NCBI GenBank assembly: GCA_035493235.1
Contig: DATJIP010000106.1
Coordinates: 26,610-90,609 of the forward strand
DNA: 64,000 bases
Source of the DNA: Steroidobacteraceae bacterium
Lineage (GTDB): Bacteria; Pseudomonadota; Gammaproteobacteria; Steroidobacterales; Steroidobacteraceae
Direction of reading: 5' to 3'
Each line of letters opens with the position of its first letter. Positions within the stretch are counted from its first letter, which is position 1. Shown here one piece after another: positions 63,071 to 64,000 of the stretch. The position numbers were made by a program, and so were the translations under genes. The notes below the pieces were generated by a model. It had not been told where the DNA came from, ran no database searches, and was given only the letters and a program-made list of their open reading frames with translations.

Positions 63071-63889
63071 CTACTGGCTCGCCTTCTCTTCGATCTCCTC
63101 GCGATTCGCGCGCAGCACCTTGCGGATGTCGCCGGCCGGCGGCCGCTCCGCGATGCGTTCGATCAGCTCCGGCAGCTCGTGCCACGACTTGCCCCACTTC
63201 AACAGCCGGATGGCGTCCGCGATGATCTTGCCGCGCAACTCGGCGGACATGGCAGGCGCCGCATTCTTGGCGGCGACTGCCGCCGGCCGCGTCTGAGCTG
63301 GCGCTGCTGCGCGAGTCGGAGTTGCGGCGCGCGCCGGTGGTTTCGCTCCATCAGCGCGTTTGGCAGCGGGAGCTGGAGCCGGCGCTGGCGTCGGCGGCCG
63401 AGTCGGAGCCGGCGTCGCCGTCGGGGCAGTACGCACCGGCGCTGGCGTGACTGCCTTGATGCGCGGCATTTCGCGCGTCGTGTCGTCGCCCGGCGGTCGC
63501 GCAGGTTTGGCGGCGGCGGCTCGCGGCGGCTGCACCATCTCGACAGTCGCGCTCGCGGACGAGGCTGGCTCGGTCCGCGATGGATCTGCGAGCGGCACGA
63601 AGCGCTGGATGTGCTGGATGCCGACCAGGTTCGCCAGGAACGCCATCAGCTCCAGCGACTCCGAGAATTTGCCGTCGCCCATCGCCTGGCGCGTCTCGCA
63701 GTGCGCCTTGAGCTCGAGGAGCTTCTGGCGCGCGACCTCCAGAACCCAGCGCGTCGGCCGGTCATGCTTCGGCCAGGCCTGCACACGCGCGTAAGCGGCA
63801 TCGCTCAGCTCGACGTATTTGAGATGGAGCTCGATGCTCGCAAGCCATTTCTCGATCAGCTCGGTGATGCGTCGATCGGCAGGGGTCAT
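63071..63889 (-). CDS. Hypothetical protein: two helical domains joined by a Pro/Ala-rich linker
   Basis: Typical codon usage; globular ends flank a PA-rich linker. Start 63889 or 63919. Confidence 0.75.
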   Translation of the reverse strand: MTPADRRITELIEKWLASIELHLKYVELSDAAYARVQAWPKHDRPTRWVLEVARQKLLELKAHCETRQAMGDGKFSESLELMAFLANLVGIQHIQRFVPLADPSRTEPASSASATVEMVQPPRAAAAKPARPPGDDTTREMPRIKAVTPAPVRTAPTATPAPTRPPTPAPAPAPAAKRADGAKPPARAATPTRAAAPAQTRPAAVAAKNAAPAMSAELRGKIIADAIRLLKWGKSWHELPELIERIAERPPAGDIRKVLRANREEIEEKASQ

Positions 63890-64000
63890 GCCATGCTGGC
63901 TCCGGTCCGGTATGCGCATTATGCAGTGATAATGCTAACCTCTGGCGCCAAATTCGCGCCGTGCACGGCGCCGATAGCAGGGGGAGCGGACATGAACGCG

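Overview
High-GC bacterial chromosome segment. Gene content and order (metG-rnf-nth, purM/purN-hda, pepA-holC-valS-lptFG) indicate a gammaproteobacterium, possibly Steroidobacteraceae-like (inference). Most of the window is housekeeping or conserved accessory genes. No rRNA, tRNA or CRISPR array was seen. Highlights: (1) a lasso peptide cluster at the left edge whose 38-aa precursor (2189-2305, missed by the ORF track) predicts a non-canonical, very hydrophobic core (Gln1/Asp10), next to a RAYT-like HUH transposase with a degenerate HUH motif; (2) a CHRD-porin-ECF sigma-anti-sigma-subtilase module with two copies of an identically spaced AGAACCGG-N14-G(C/T)ACTCA promoter-like motif; (3) an Rnf/Rsx complex whose A and E subunits have lost three of the four canonical [2Fe-2S] cysteines; (4) a soluble HEAT-repeat Ser/Thr kinase plus two PilT-like ATPases between metG and apbC; (5) a three-hairpin sRNA candidate with a C-rich seed near the right edge. 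All family assignments come from motif recognition by eye; no database searches were run.
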